A stretch of 64,000 bases of DNA from Antedon mediterranea (taxonomy: Eukaryota; Animalia; Echinodermata): positions 40,062,304 through 40,126,303 of the forward strand of contig NC_092671.1 of assembly GCF_964355755.1 (NCBI RefSeq), in the 5' to 3' direction. The notes under the pieces are model-generated. The model worked only from the letters and a program-made list of their open reading frames with translations. It was not told the DNA's origin and did no database searches. Positions 1 to 12,738 of this stretch are shown here, piece by piece. The position numbers and the translations under genes are program-made. The first letter of the stretch is position 1. The number at the start of each line of letters is the position of its first letter.

Positions 1-3000
1 TCTATAGCTTCTATACTCGCTTCTTCCTATAATATAAATAAAATATTTTGTTATACATATGTTAAAATGTTATACTTATAGCTACCTTATTATAGTACTA
101 TCTCTCTCTCTCTCTATAAATGTTTTCCGTCATTCCGATGTTATGCTTTCCACGATTTGTTTCCATATTTTTCTGTTTCGGACAGGATGGTTTGTTCTTG
201 TGCTAAAGTCTACATTTCTTTCCTAAATTTTTTTTATCCAGTTTTCTTTTGCTGCATACTATTTGCTATTGTTTTGTATTATAAACTTTATATATATAAA
301 CTTTATTTTGCAAATTCAATGCATATAAAAATAACATGGGAGTATCAAAATTATAAAGTAGTAAAAGGTTAATGTAAAATGCCAGACAATTTGGAATTAA
401 AAAGCAGTTTATCACACAGTTTTCACAATCATATTATTAGATAAATTAATTACGTAACAAAAAACTATAAATAGACTTAAAATAAACATTGTACATACAT
501 CTTTAGGTAGAGTAACCATTGCTAAGGTATAGTAATGTGCTTGGGGTGGTAGGGTGTGGTATCCTGGAGGTAGTGCTATCAAATCACTAATAGGTAGCTG
601 GTCTTTCTGTTGAAATAAACAAAATAACATTATGTATGAAAATTAATTGAAAAATACATTTGTACTTTACTACTTGCTAAGGAAAAATGTGTTCAAAACC
701 AAAAACAATTCAATCAAAAATTGCATTACAGTATTTAGTAGAAATCTTGTGATATGCTTAACAATGTTACAAATTTCATAAATGTTTAAATCAATGGCTC
801 TAGCATAAAATTGCTTACATTTCCATAATCAATGAACAGAATTGAAGCCTTCTCCTTTAGTACACTTTCAACTTTACCACGATACCACTCGCCGTCGATG
901 TACTTAGCAGCGCACATATCACCCTGTCTTGGCGTGTAAGACCCAGGTAGAGGAGGGTCATTTGTTATCTCAGCACGTAGTTGATCCATTAACTTTTCAA
1001 GTTGAGGACCTAATAAATATAATGAAAGAAAGGAATAACACCACAAAAGTTAAATAACTAATATCAATATATGAAAATTATCTTTTATTTCTAATCTAAT
1101 ATTAAACTCTCATTCACTCCCGTTTATCCTAGTTTTTTTTCTTCAGTAATTTGCCTTTTCTAGACAAATAAAATATTAGTACAATACAATGGTATCTGTA
1201 ATAAAACAGACAAGATAAAGTTAAATATTTCATACAATGCGATGGTAAAAATCTGAAAATGAACTGACCAGTTTCAGCATGTTGAGCATAGAAGCTTAGA
1301 TCCTTTGCATACTCCGTCACTATCACTGACTTGTAGTTAGTTTTTCTTTCAGTCTCCTCAACAACTGTCACTGTTGTTTGTTCAACAAAGTTTTCCCAAA
1401 CCTATATGTGGGGATTAAAAAACATGTGGTATTATCTACATTAAAACATTAACTGTTGTCGCTTCAATAAAGTCTTCCAAAAACCTGTGTGTTGTTATCT
1501 ACATTATTATACATTAACTGTTGTCGCTTCAATAAAGTCTTCCAAAAACCTGTGTGTTGTTATCTACATTATTATACATTAACTGTTGTCGCTTCAATAA
1601 AGTCTTCCAAAAACCTGTGTGTTGTTATCTACATTATTATACATTAGTTTGTATTTATTCATTTCTGTATAAAAATTTAAATTACACAACAGCAGTCAAA
1701 AGACTGAATATATTGTTTCACATACAAATTCCACAAAATATTCCAAAGAAAAAAACTTTAAAAGCATGAAAATTCAAAAAAATAAATGCGAACTCGCAAA
1801 TTCATTAACATCTAATTTTTTTAAAGTAATATTTTAGCTTGTTAATAATGCTATTGAAATAGTTTTCACAGAATTGTTAATTAAACACTGTTACTTCAGT
1901 ATTCAGTTACCTTCAACTTGGTTTTCTTGGCAGCTTCTTCCACAACTTGTAGTTGAGCGTAGTAGTTAGAACGTTCGGCGGTGAAATGAACCTTTGATAA
2001 ACCGTTCTCAACTAATTTGATTGAATGGTTCTGACCGTCAACAAATAACCAACCAATGAAATTACCAGCCTTGTCAACACTTTCAACTTCGACCTCCACC
2101 TGTAAAAATCATAACAATTACAGTTATTATGACAATACATCGTATCTTTATACACAACCACAAACACTTATCAACATATATAAACTAGAAGCTACAAGCA
2201 CTAAACACAGACTTTTAGAAGAAGCCATTCTAAAGGTTTAAAACGGTCATTTTGCTTTCACTATTAAAGTGGTAACATTTTAAACTACAAACCTCTCGTT
2301 GAAGACATAGTTCTTTAGTGTACTGCAGTGCTTCCTCCGCATATGCTTCACTTTCAGATGGGCCACCAGGACCAGTACGAGCCCTACGAGGACAAGTGAT
2401 ACCTGCACAAAAAAGTACAATCAATAATATGGTGATTTACCCTTGTACTATTGGAAATTTGTGGATTTAGATGACCTAACAGTTTTCTATGATGAGTAAT
2501 TTAACATGCACCCACCACTGAAGAAACAAGCGTAACGGCTATGAGCAATCACTGGCTGGGCCCAGGGCTTATGGGGGTCCATGAGCAGTTTCCAGAGGGA
2601 AAAACAGGCATTAAAATATGTCGACAAGGGCTAAAAACGCCTGAGGCCTCCAGCGTTTGAGGGCCACTTAGGTTTCCTAAACCAAGGGCCTCAGGTCTCT
2701 ACATTACACCACTGTAAAAAGGCGCTTTTTACCATTATAGCAAAGTTTTAAAATATTATTTACCAATTTAAGCTTTCTACATTAGCGATAATTATTTATA
2801 ACAGTTTTTAGATTAAACAGTAGCTAACTTGGTTTTTAGTAATAAAAAATACAGGAAGAGACCAACCTGCAAGCAAGAACGTAATGAGGCATGTTTCTTT
2901 GGGCAAATAGAGTCTAATTCTAGAGCCACTTGCTACAAATTCCACGGTTCCTGTTTGCCGTCCAGCACGTTGCAAGAATGGTAAAAACTGCTTAGATTTT

Positions 3001-6000
3001 GCCACATCCTGCATCCAAAAAAATATGTTATTGTTAATATTACCAAATAAGTTAAGTTTCAGTTTAGAATTCTTTAGAATGTGTGTATTCACTTTATTAT
3101 TATTTATGCTTGTAATTCATACTATATTAATATCCCATTATCAGTCATCAAATCAAATCTCTTTATTCATCTCATAAACAATACACATAACAAAGAGTAA
3201 TAAAAACAAATTGAAAGAAGATGAAATGGACTTCCAGGAAACCCAAAAGAGCTTGTGATAGGAGGCTAACTAAATGGACTTCCAGGAAACCCAAAGGGGC
3301 TTGTGATAGGAGGCTAACTAAATGGACTTCCAGGAAACCCAAAGGGGCTTGTGATAGGAGGCTAACTAAATGGACTTCCAGGAAACCCAAAGGGGCTTGT
3401 GATAGGAGGCTAACTAAATGGACTTCCAGGAAACCCAAAGGGGCTTGTGATAGGAGGCTAACTAAATGGACTTCCAGGAAACCCAAAGGGGCTTGTGATA
3501 GGAGTCTAACTAAATGGACTTCCAGGAAACCCAAAGGGGCTTGTGATAGGAGGCTAACTAAATGGACTTCCAGGAAACCCAAAGGGGCTTGTGATAGGAG
3601 GCTAACTTAATGGACTTCCAGGAAACCCAAAGGGGCTTGTGATAGGAGGCTAACTAAATGGACTTCCAGGAAACCCAAAGGGGCTTGTGATAGGAGGCTA
3701 ACTAAATGGACTTCCAGGAAACCCAAAGGGGCTTGTGATAGGAGGCTAACTAAATGGACTTCCAGGAAACCCAAAGGGGCTTGTGATAGGAGGCTAACTA
3801 AATGGACTTCCAGGAAACCCAAAGGGGCTTGTGATAGGAGGCTAACTAAATGGACTTCCAGGAAACCCAAAGGGGCTTGTGATAGGAGGCTAACTTAATG
3901 GACTTCCAGGAAACCCAAAGGGGCTTGTGATAGGAGGCTAACTAAATGGACTTCCAGGAAACCCAAAGGGGCTTGTGATAGGAGGCTAACTAAATGGACT
4001 TCCAGGAAACCCAAAGGGGCTTGTGATAGGAGTCTAACTAAATGGACTTCCAGGAAACCCAAAGGGGCTTGTGATAGGAGGCTAACTAAATGGACTTCCA
4101 GGAAACCCAAAGGGGCTTGTGATAGGAGGCTAACTTAATGGACTTCCAGGAAACCCAAAGGGGCTTGTGATAGGAGGCTAACTAAATGGACTTCCAGGAA
4201 ACCCAAAGGGGCTTGTGATAAGAGGCTAACTAAATGGACTTCCAGGAAACCCAAAGGGGCTTGTGATAGGAGGCTAACTAAATGGACTTCCAGGAAACCC
4301 AAAGGGGCTTGTGATAGGAGGCTAACTTAATGGACTTCCAGGAAACCCAAAGGGGCTTGTGATAGGAGGCTAACTAAATGGACTTCCAGGAAACCCAAAG
4401 GGGCTTGTGATAGGAGGCTAACTTAATGGACTTCCAGGAAACCCAAAGGGGCTTGTGATAGGAGGCTAACTAAATGGACTTCCAGGAAACCCAAAGGGGC
4501 TTGTGATAGGAGGCTAACTTAATGGACTTCCAGGAAACCCAAAGGGGCTTGTGATAGGAGGCTAACTAAATGGACTTCCAGGAAACCCAAAGGGGCTTGT
4601 GATAGGAGGCTAACTAAATGGACTTCCAGGAAACCCAAAGGGGCTTGTGATAGGAGGCTAACTTAATGGACTTCCAGGAAACCCAAAGGGGCTTGTGATA
4701 GGAGGCTAACTAAATGGACTTCCAGGAAACCCAAAGGGGCTTGTGATAGGAGGCTAACTAAATGGACTTCCAGGAAACCCAAAGGGGCTTGTGATAGGAG
4801 GCTAACAAAATGGACTTCCAGGAAACCTAAAAGGGCTTGTGATAGGAGGCTAACTAAAAAATCATGATTTAAATAGATCTCAATACTATTTTGGCATAAT
4901 AACTATGTTGTTGAAATAGATGCTTATAAAAAAGAATAAAGCCTTAACTGTTTGACATAAGGCCTTAAATAATATACATATGGTTGACAATAAGGTTTAT
5001 CGCAAATAGCATGCATGACGCATGGTTGGAAGGAATTGGTAGCAAACGTGTATGTACGTGATTTGTTTGCTCCCAAACCCTTCCTATCATGCATTGTGCA
5101 ATGACGTTCCTTGCGAAATCAAACTATTTGCGATAAACCTTATGATGAATATCATTCATTTGTAAACTGACCCCAGATAAATCCGCCACTCTGTGTATTG
5201 GTTTGTCTTTCTGGCTGTGTACACCTTTACCGTTCTTGATAGCTCGTTGCTCAGCAATTAGAAGCAAATCGTAATGAGCTGATCGTTGATCGTCGTCTTG
5301 ACGATGGCGAAGCACTGTTGCAAAGCCTTTACTCACAAGAGCTTCAGCAATGTTACTAAAGATAAAGATGATAAAAATCATTTATGCTGAAATATTGAAT
5401 CCTGTGAAGATGGCAAGTATTTTATTGCTTGCAGTAATATTTTATACTTTTATAATTAAAACTAGTGCACCTTTAAGTTAATGTTTAAGTACGTTTCAGC
5501 AATGATATATATATATTTCACGGATCTTACAGAGAAAAGTAATGGTCTGTAGTCAGTCGTAAGACCCTTATATATAAGAATATTAAGTGAGTTATTTTTA
5601 TATTTTTTTAAGTCCCAGATTGCCGTATGATATCAGAAATAGCTTTAGAATGTGTACAACTGTTACTCACATACTACCAATCATAACAGTAGCGCATATC
5701 TTCTCAGGATATCCGTCATTGGCTTCCTTAATGTAATCGATCGATACCGTCACCTTCTTTCCAATCAACTTCTTGCGCAAGAATTCACGAGCTTCAAACA
5801 TGTACGGGATATCATACAATGGTCTAACACGTCGATCCTACAAAATAAATATAGGAATTAACTTTTTAAAAAGAATACATATTAATTACAAATTCAATTC
5901 CAAGATAAATCTATTTCTCATAATAGTACAACAGTTTTTTTTCTTTTATTTGATTTTATTCACTATACCACAACATAATTCAATTCCTTTCATTCTTTCA

Positions 6001-9000
6001 ATCTTTTATTTTTGAATCTCTGGTCCATAGAAAGTAACATTACATAAACATTAAGATAAACTGTATCGAATAATAAAAATAAATGCACAGTAAAGCTTTT
6101 GTCTACACTATCAAACTAGTTTGACAAAAAATGTGTGATGTTCCCACATATGGTAGTGATATGCTTAAATATGGTAGTGATATGACATCATCACATCCAT
6201 ATATCAACACATCAAATTTTTTTGTCGCATAAAGTTTGATAGTGTAGACAGAGCTTTAGACAAGTGTATCTGAGCTTTGTACCTTAGGTTGATCTTCTTC
6301 CTTGACATCTGCCATTCGTGGTGGTCTAAGTGACGACAGAGTTATCTTCTTGTATTTGCCATCATTAGATTTCACCACGAGGGCGTCTGCATTGATCACT
6401 TCAACAACTTTTCCTGTCAAGTTCTTTTCTTCAATTGGAACTATATTTGCTTTACTAGGAGTATAGTCCTTCCAAAGGCGTATACGTTTATTTTTAGCTT
6501 CTCTGAAAACAGGAAGTACAAATATTAAAACTAAAAACCAAACAATACAATGTACATACAAATGAGTTCCCACAAAATCATGTTGATTATCACGGATTAT
6601 TAATGATAAAAAGATAACATTTAGCAAAGAAAAATCAACCAATTCACACTTTTCACAGATTTTATCATTTATATTTCAGCATTATGAACAATTGTCACAA
6701 AATAATTAAAGGTCAATAAACTTACTTTTCTGCTGATCGTAGTTTTTCGGTTCCTTGTGTCACAACCCTCATACTCCAATCAACGCAACGTGCAAAACCT
6801 TCTTTCAGCAAAAATTCAGCAATGTTGCCATTCTGTTAAACAATACAAACATATTTATATACATAAATTGTAAAATACACTAATACCATATTTTATTTCA
6901 TACGCATCCATCCAGTCAATTACAGGATAGATGAACTATTTTATAATTGGGATTTTTCAATGATTCTCTCATATACTTGGAGTCGAATAATAGTACATTT
7001 GTAAAAATAATAGTAAATGATGTACGAGTTAAATTGGCAGAATATTTTCATGAAAGATTGACTTCTGAATAAATATAAATAAATGAACAAAAAAACTAAA
7101 ATTAAAAAATAAATATTTCAAACTTCTTACTGGATGGAGAACAGTTCCGAGGAAGTTCTGATTTGAAGTGCCCTCTAGGATGATAGAAACTTCTCGTTGT
7201 AGAAGGCGCGATTCGGTGAAATACTTAGCTTCAGCTGAGAAAGGTTCTGGTACATCTTTGTCATCTATTCTTTTGATCATTGGTGCCTTCAGGAATTAAA
7301 CAAGAATTCTTAGTTCATGCTCAATACACTGGCTTATGTCTTTGAAATCTCATTGCCTTGGCTAATTACTTTAATTAATAATTTTTAAACATAAGAAACA
7401 CCTTGCGCATAGTACAAAATCATTTTTTTGTATTCTCTTGGCTAAAATGAAATCATTAAGCATTTTTTATAATTATATATTACCTTAACACCGGACAGCA
7501 TGACAGTGACATAATGAAATGACGGAAGTAAAAACGCCCTCACAGTGCAACCATCTCGCACATGCTCAATAATAGCTGAAAAATATAAAGGATACCATGC
7601 CAGTTTAGAAATATAATAATAATAGAACATTGATTTTCGTTAAAAACGATTCCTAAATGAAGAATTATGAACAACATTTCAATTTTTAACTAAATTATGC
7701 AAATTCAAGATTAACACACCTTTGATTTGATTTTGACGATGAGAATCAACAAAATGAAGTGGATTTTCTATGACCCAGGTCACATTTCTAACCGCATCAG
7801 GATCTTGTTCTTTTGCCCATCGACCCTTCCCAGCAGCCTTTGCTGCTTCTTCCATATCAATCAAGTGAATTTGATCACTGTGAAGTAAATAATGAAATAT
7901 ATAATATAAACGAATCAAACGAAAGTCAATGGGATTTGTTTAGGATACTGTAATTAAATTATAATATTTATTTCATAGTATATAAGTACAGTTATTATTA
8001 TTTTATATATAATATTTTAATTATTATTAAAAGATAATTATTTTCTTACTCGCTTGGTTTGATTCCACCACGCCTGACTTCTACTAGACCCTCTGCTACA
8101 CAAGACTCAGTCACATTCTCAGCATTTGGTCCTAAAATTACAAACAAATGATTACATCACTGGTAAACAAAGTTTATTAAGCTCTGTGTACACTATCAAA
8201 CTTTATGTGACAAAAAGTGCGATGTGCTCATATATGGTAGTGATATGCCCAAATATGGTAGTGATATGACATCATGTCTATATATGGGCAAATTTTTTTT
8301 TCACATAAAGTTTGATAGAGTAGACAGAGTTTAAGACTGATTAAAAGATTATACAGCAAATTACAAAGAAATCAAACACCAATTGGTCCAGTCTAAGAAA
8401 GTAAAGCCAGGCTAAAATAGTCACTGGTTATATACAATGTAAAGTAAAGATCAGTTAACACTTAAATCTGATTATGTCAGGGGTTAATATAACAATGAAT
8501 TACAACATATTGCTATGGTAACAAACCTTTGCCAAGATAAATGCACCCATAAGCACGACCAGATCCTGGTGCAGTGTATTCTATGGAAAAACTCACTTCT
8601 TTTCCAATTAATTTCTTACGTAGGAACTCCCTTGCTTGCCATGCATATGGCTACGGAAATAGAAAATGAGTTAAATTAATTCAACTTTATTTCAGACAAA
8701 TTGTACATATGAAACATATGGACAGGAAGTGTACTATTACATAACATAATATTGTAATACTTTCTAGTAGAAAACAATCACATATGGGAAAGAGATAATT
8801 GATAAGTTAGTGATAGCTGTTATCTTAACATATGTCAATCTTCTCAATATACATAAATTGTGATGAACATAGAATTGTTTGTTCATCACATTTATGTTAA
8901 TGTATATTGAGTAGATTATTGGATGTGTCCGATTAATGATGATGATAAAATATCAGATCTGGTTGTTCTAAATTTGTTTTCAAATCTTGCATTTAATTTT

Positions 9001-10330
9001 TGTATATAATTATAAGATTTTTTAAAAAACACTAACAGTAACACTACATTCTGGTTTGTAAATCACACTGCTAGCTATGTTTACAATCCTCCTAATACTT
9101 CTATGTATCCTTACCTCATCCTTAGTTTCCTGTGAATCTTTAATATTAGGATTGGCTCTTCTTGCTAGTTTTGGTGCGGTCACATTTGATAAACAAAGTT
9201 GTTTCTCTGGTGGTGGGCCACCCTTAGGCTGACCTCTGATGATGACTGCATCCCCAGATAAAACCTAATAAAGAACACAAGATTTAAGTAATTAGTCGTA
9301 GGTTTGTTTTATAAATTAACCAAAAAAATTAATTAAATATTATTATGTTTATATTCATTCATTTTTTATTTTGGAATACATGATTACATAATATATTCAT
9401 ATAGCAAAAAAAGCTTAATCTAAGAAATCATTGTACAGATAAAAAAAAAGAATTGAGGTTGTACAGTCCAGTTTATTATGATTCAGTAGTATTAACTGTT
9501 GGGAGGGAATACATATGAATAAATAAATTTAGTCTTATGATATAAAATGTTATTAAATAAATTATCGGTGATAATGCTAAATTTTAATTGGACAATATTT
9601 TTTTTTTTAATTCTTCAACATAATCATGAGTTAAACAACAGAATTTAAGTTATTTCTGATCGACAGAATTTACCATTATTGGCATGTTTTTTGGTGCACA
9701 GGGTGAGTTACTTCTTACTATAGTTTAGTAATTATTTAGTAATTAATAGGCCTAGTCCAGATAAATATAGACTAAGGGCCTACCTACATACCTGAGTCCT
9801 GACTGACTCAAAAGTCTCATGACAGACTATTCTATTAGTATTACTAGGCCTACTATTACTAACTTTAAATATTCACTTTATCTTTATAAACTTTATTTTA
9901 TTGTAAAAACATTTAAAAAAAAATATATTACACGTATAAGTACTGACTGAATATAATTAAAGGACAGACTTTTAATTATTCATAAAATAAAACACTTGAA
10001 ATAATAAAACGTTTTCAATTTGCTTGAGTTACAGTTAGGCCGGTGTATCCGCCTTTAAAATCCTTGTGACGTGGACAGCTGGCATTAACCGGCTGGTTCG
10101 TCTCTTCCTCTCACTACGTTTTTATCGCACAGCTGGCTGCTTTACGAATTGTACTTTTTAGATTGTGCAAAAAAATGTTATTATAAACGCCTTATTAAAG
10201 ATATGGCCCTGCTTTGTTCACATATTAAACCATGCATCTATAACGCAACTGACAAGAAAGTTTTAAAATGAAATAATGATTTATTTACCGATTTCACGAC
10301 ACCAGTCTTCAAAGACGTTTGGTTTGCCAT
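1..10330 (-). CDS. SND1: Staphylococcal nuclease and Tudor domain-containing protein 1 (Tudor-SN/p100), spliced, 3' end runs off the window
   Basis: Exons (minus): 10289-10330, 9115-9264, 8527-8650, 8050-8131, 7720-7877, 7484-7575, 7131-7286, 6726-6832, 6283-6502, 5671-5837, 5172-5355, 2867-3008, 2293-2402, 1911-2099, 1269-1401, 819-1009, 499-606, <1-26. All are GT-AG and phase-compatible. Motifs: [69 protein letters not shown]; Tudor domain [18 protein letters not shown]...FIDYGN. Confidence 0.97.
1426..1646. repeat. 65-bp tandem repeat (~3.5 copies) derived from an SND1 3' splice-site/exon boundary
   Basis: AAACCTGTGTG recurs at 1481, 1546 and 1611; the unit resembles the exon-start sequence at 1370-1403. 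Confidence 0.85.
3224..4857. repeat. 48-bp minisatellite, ~34 near-identical copies, in an SND1 intron
   Basis: Unit AAATGGACTTCCAGGAAACCCAAAGGGGCTTGTGATAGGAGGCTAACT, read directly. Confidence 0.98.
4994..5139. mobile_element. Palindromic MITE (TIR GGTTTATCGCAAATAG), PIF/Harbinger-like
   Basis: TAA-GGTTTATCGCAAATAG ... CTATTTGCGATAAACC-TTA; a partial related copy lies near 41136-41185. Confidence 0.7.
6094..6255. mobile_element. MITE family A copy (TIR AGCTCTGTCTACACTATCAAACT)
   Basis: Terminal inverted repeats plus internal palindrome; flanks TAA/TTA. Confidence 0.9.
8180..8331. mobile_element. MITE family A copy
   Basis: Same TIR and ATATGGTAGTGAT core. Confidence 0.88.
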
Positions 10331-10534
10331 CTTTCCACGTTGGTAAAAAAGGCAGAAATAGGTCATGTGACACCGGTTTTCATTTATAGAGGTCGCTATT
10401 TAGTCCGCACGCTCGAGGTTCCAAGACAACAAAAACAACTGAATGTGCGACAATATGATGCACGGATATTATTAGTTTTTAATCTAAAATATTACCTTAT
10501 TAAATGAAAAAATATTTCAGATTTTATCATTCAG
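10331..10534. promoter_or_regulatory. Putative bidirectional promoter, SND1/TMEM216
   Basis: Only 204 bp separate the divergent start codons; contains E-box GTCATGTGAC (10362-10371) and TAGAGGTCGCTA (10387-10398). Confidence 0.7.
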
Positions 10535-12380
10535 ATGGCTTCAAATAATGTTATAGGGAATAGAGGTATGTTTGGTTTGCTAAATAAGGCCTATAATACA
10601 GTAGTAAACATGTCATCTATTCTAGGCCTCTAAAAACTGGCTGAAGTCTCGAGTCGAGGCCTAGGCATACACTGTATATTCACGTCTATACAGTCTAGCT
10701 AGGCCTAGTCCTACAGTAGTCCTAACCTAGTTGTTAATGAACTAACACATTTTTTTTTTATTTAGGGAAGAAAACACAGATTGTATCCTTTTTTAATAAA
10801 TTTAATTATTAAATTAATAACCATTAACGTATTGAGTTGTTTATCTTTTAAGTTTTATATGTTATGTTTTTTTTTATTCTTTATTTTATTTATGGCCCCA
10901 ACCAAGGCCAAATATTTTACATCTCCCAGCTAGGCCTAATAATATTTAATAGTGATAAAATAAGGCTAATATGAATAACTTTAGGCTAAATAGACAGGTT
11001 CAATAAATACAGTACATGTCATAAATAATAAATGATGTTTAAGACAACTTAACTCAAATCATATTACAGCTTTCTTCATTACCTTTGCAAATACTTTTGT
11101 ATTTTAATGGTTGGTATTTTGCATTCTTTTGGATTTGCGAAATTCTTATATTTGCATATAAAGGTACGTATGTTTTTAATAAATTAATAAATAAAAATGA
11201 TTGAGTAGTGTAGTAATTTAGATTTAGAATACACTGTATTAAAGAGAAACTAACTACCGGTAGGCCTATTATAATATTGTTCGAGTTTGTAACAAACAAG
11301 ATTTATCTTTCAAATCATCATCATCTCTTCTCTCAATACATCAAAACCTCTATTCAATATTTTTAGTTGCAAACATACTGTAGGCCTGTTCCAATTTTTG
11401 TATCAAATTAATGTTATAGTCTATATTTTAACAACAGTTTGTTTTTATTACTTGTTCTGTAGGCACCGTACTTCCTTACCCTGGTTCAAACTTAGCAGGC
11501 GAAATTGTTTTATTATTTACATTGTTAGCTGTTGAAACAGTCAGAATTTTTATTGGTAAGCAAAGCAAAACTATTAATACAGTTTTAATTCAATTTGAAA
11601 CATTTGTTTTCTCCCAATTGGTTTAAAACTCTGTCTACACTATCAAACTAGTTTGACAAAAAAAAAGTGTGATGTGCCCAAATATGGTAGTGATATGCCC
11701 AAATATGGTAGTGATATGACATCATTGTGTAAATATATGGGCACATCACATTTTTTGTCACATAAAGATAATGTAGGCAGAGCTTAAAAACTGGAAAAAA
11801 TTTGACAATTACCTCATAAATTTAAGTCTACAATGTCTGTTTATAGTATTCATATTCACTGTATGTATTTAAATTATTATATTTTAGGAAAGAAGGGTAA
11901 TTTAACAGAGAAGCTACCGCATCTTGGTGTATCAGTGGCGTTATGCGTACCAGTCATCTTTGTTTATGTGTATTACCTTGTATGGCAAACATACGTGCTA
12001 CGTGTTGAGGTCATTTTAAATGTCATTCAACTTATATTCCTTGCATTTGAATTCATCTTTAGCCTCATAGCTATTATTACATTTGCAAGGTAAGTTAATC
12101 GAGTGAAAAATCTTTATAAATGTTCAAAAATGAGAATAGCATTTGACTGCTTATATGTATGAATATTTGTCTACACTATCAAACTTTATGTGACAACAAA
12201 ATGTGATGTGCCCATATATGGACATGATGATGTCATATCACTACCATATTGGGCACATCAAAACTAGTTATTAGTCTAGATAGTGTACACAGAGCTTAAT
12301 GTTTTCCTTGTATAAGGACCATTAAACAAAATACTTTAATAATGTGTTACTTTTCTTTCAGAGCTGAGTCTTATCGATGA
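10535..12380 (+). CDS. TMEM216: Ciliary transition-zone membrane protein, TMEM216/TMEM80/TMEM17 family
   Basis: Exons 10535-10565, 10766-10782, 11070-11163, 11463-11555, 11888-12089, 12362-12380 give MASNNVIGNRGKKTQILSSLPLQILLYFNGWY...YKGTVLPYPGSNLAGE...GKKGNLTEK...WQTYVLRVEVILN...FARAESYR*. This matches family motifs LSSxPL..NGWY, LPYP, GNL and QTYVLR. Assignment to TMEM216 versus TMEM80 is uncertain. Confidence 0.9.
10783..11069 (+). other. U12-type (minor spliceosome) GT-AG intron
   Basis: Donor GTATCCTTT; ACTTAAC branch-site-like element at 11047-11053, about 15 nt before the AG; no polypyrimidine tract; frame preserved. Confidence 0.85.
11627..11784. mobile_element. MITE family A copy
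   Basis: TIRs with TAA/TAA flanks. Confidence 0.85.
12167..12296. mobile_element. MITE family A copy (left end eroded)
   Basis: TGTCTACACTATCAAACT...GTGTACACAGAGCT. Confidence 0.8.
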
Positions 12381-12621
12381 GAATTTCTGCCTGAAATCAT
12401 TGAATCCTGAAGACTAGTGACATAGTGTTGACAAAGACTTAAATGTTCACAAAACAAATTGATGAATGAAAACAATTTTTTGGGAAAATCAATCTCCTAT
12501 ATGCAGTAGTAGATATATGACACTGAAGAAATACTCACAACCAATGCCTTGTTGTAGTGTAGGTCTGATTGTAGTGCAATAATGTGAACCCATTGGAAAA
12601 GGCTCTTTACAGATTGTATAA

Positions 12622-12738
12622 AGCTCTGTCTACTGTACACTATCAAACATGTGAGCAAAACATGTGATGTGCCCATATGGACATGATGATGGCATATCAC
12701 AATCATATTTGGTCACATCACACTTTTTTTGTCAAACT
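12622..12738. mobile_element. MITE family A partial copy, downstream of the TMEM216 stop
   Basis: Left TIR and core present; right TIR missing. Confidence 0.75.

Noticed and set aside
3172-4110. Repetitive ORFs ([16 protein letters not shown] / [16 protein letters not shown])
   Set aside because: Artefacts of a 48-bp (multiple of 3) minisatellite within an SND1 intron; no splice support.
3224-4857. Possible CRISPR array (also 24688-25345 and 45763-46487)
   Set aside because: Units are contiguous with no unique spacers, there are no cas genes, and the context is eukaryotic.
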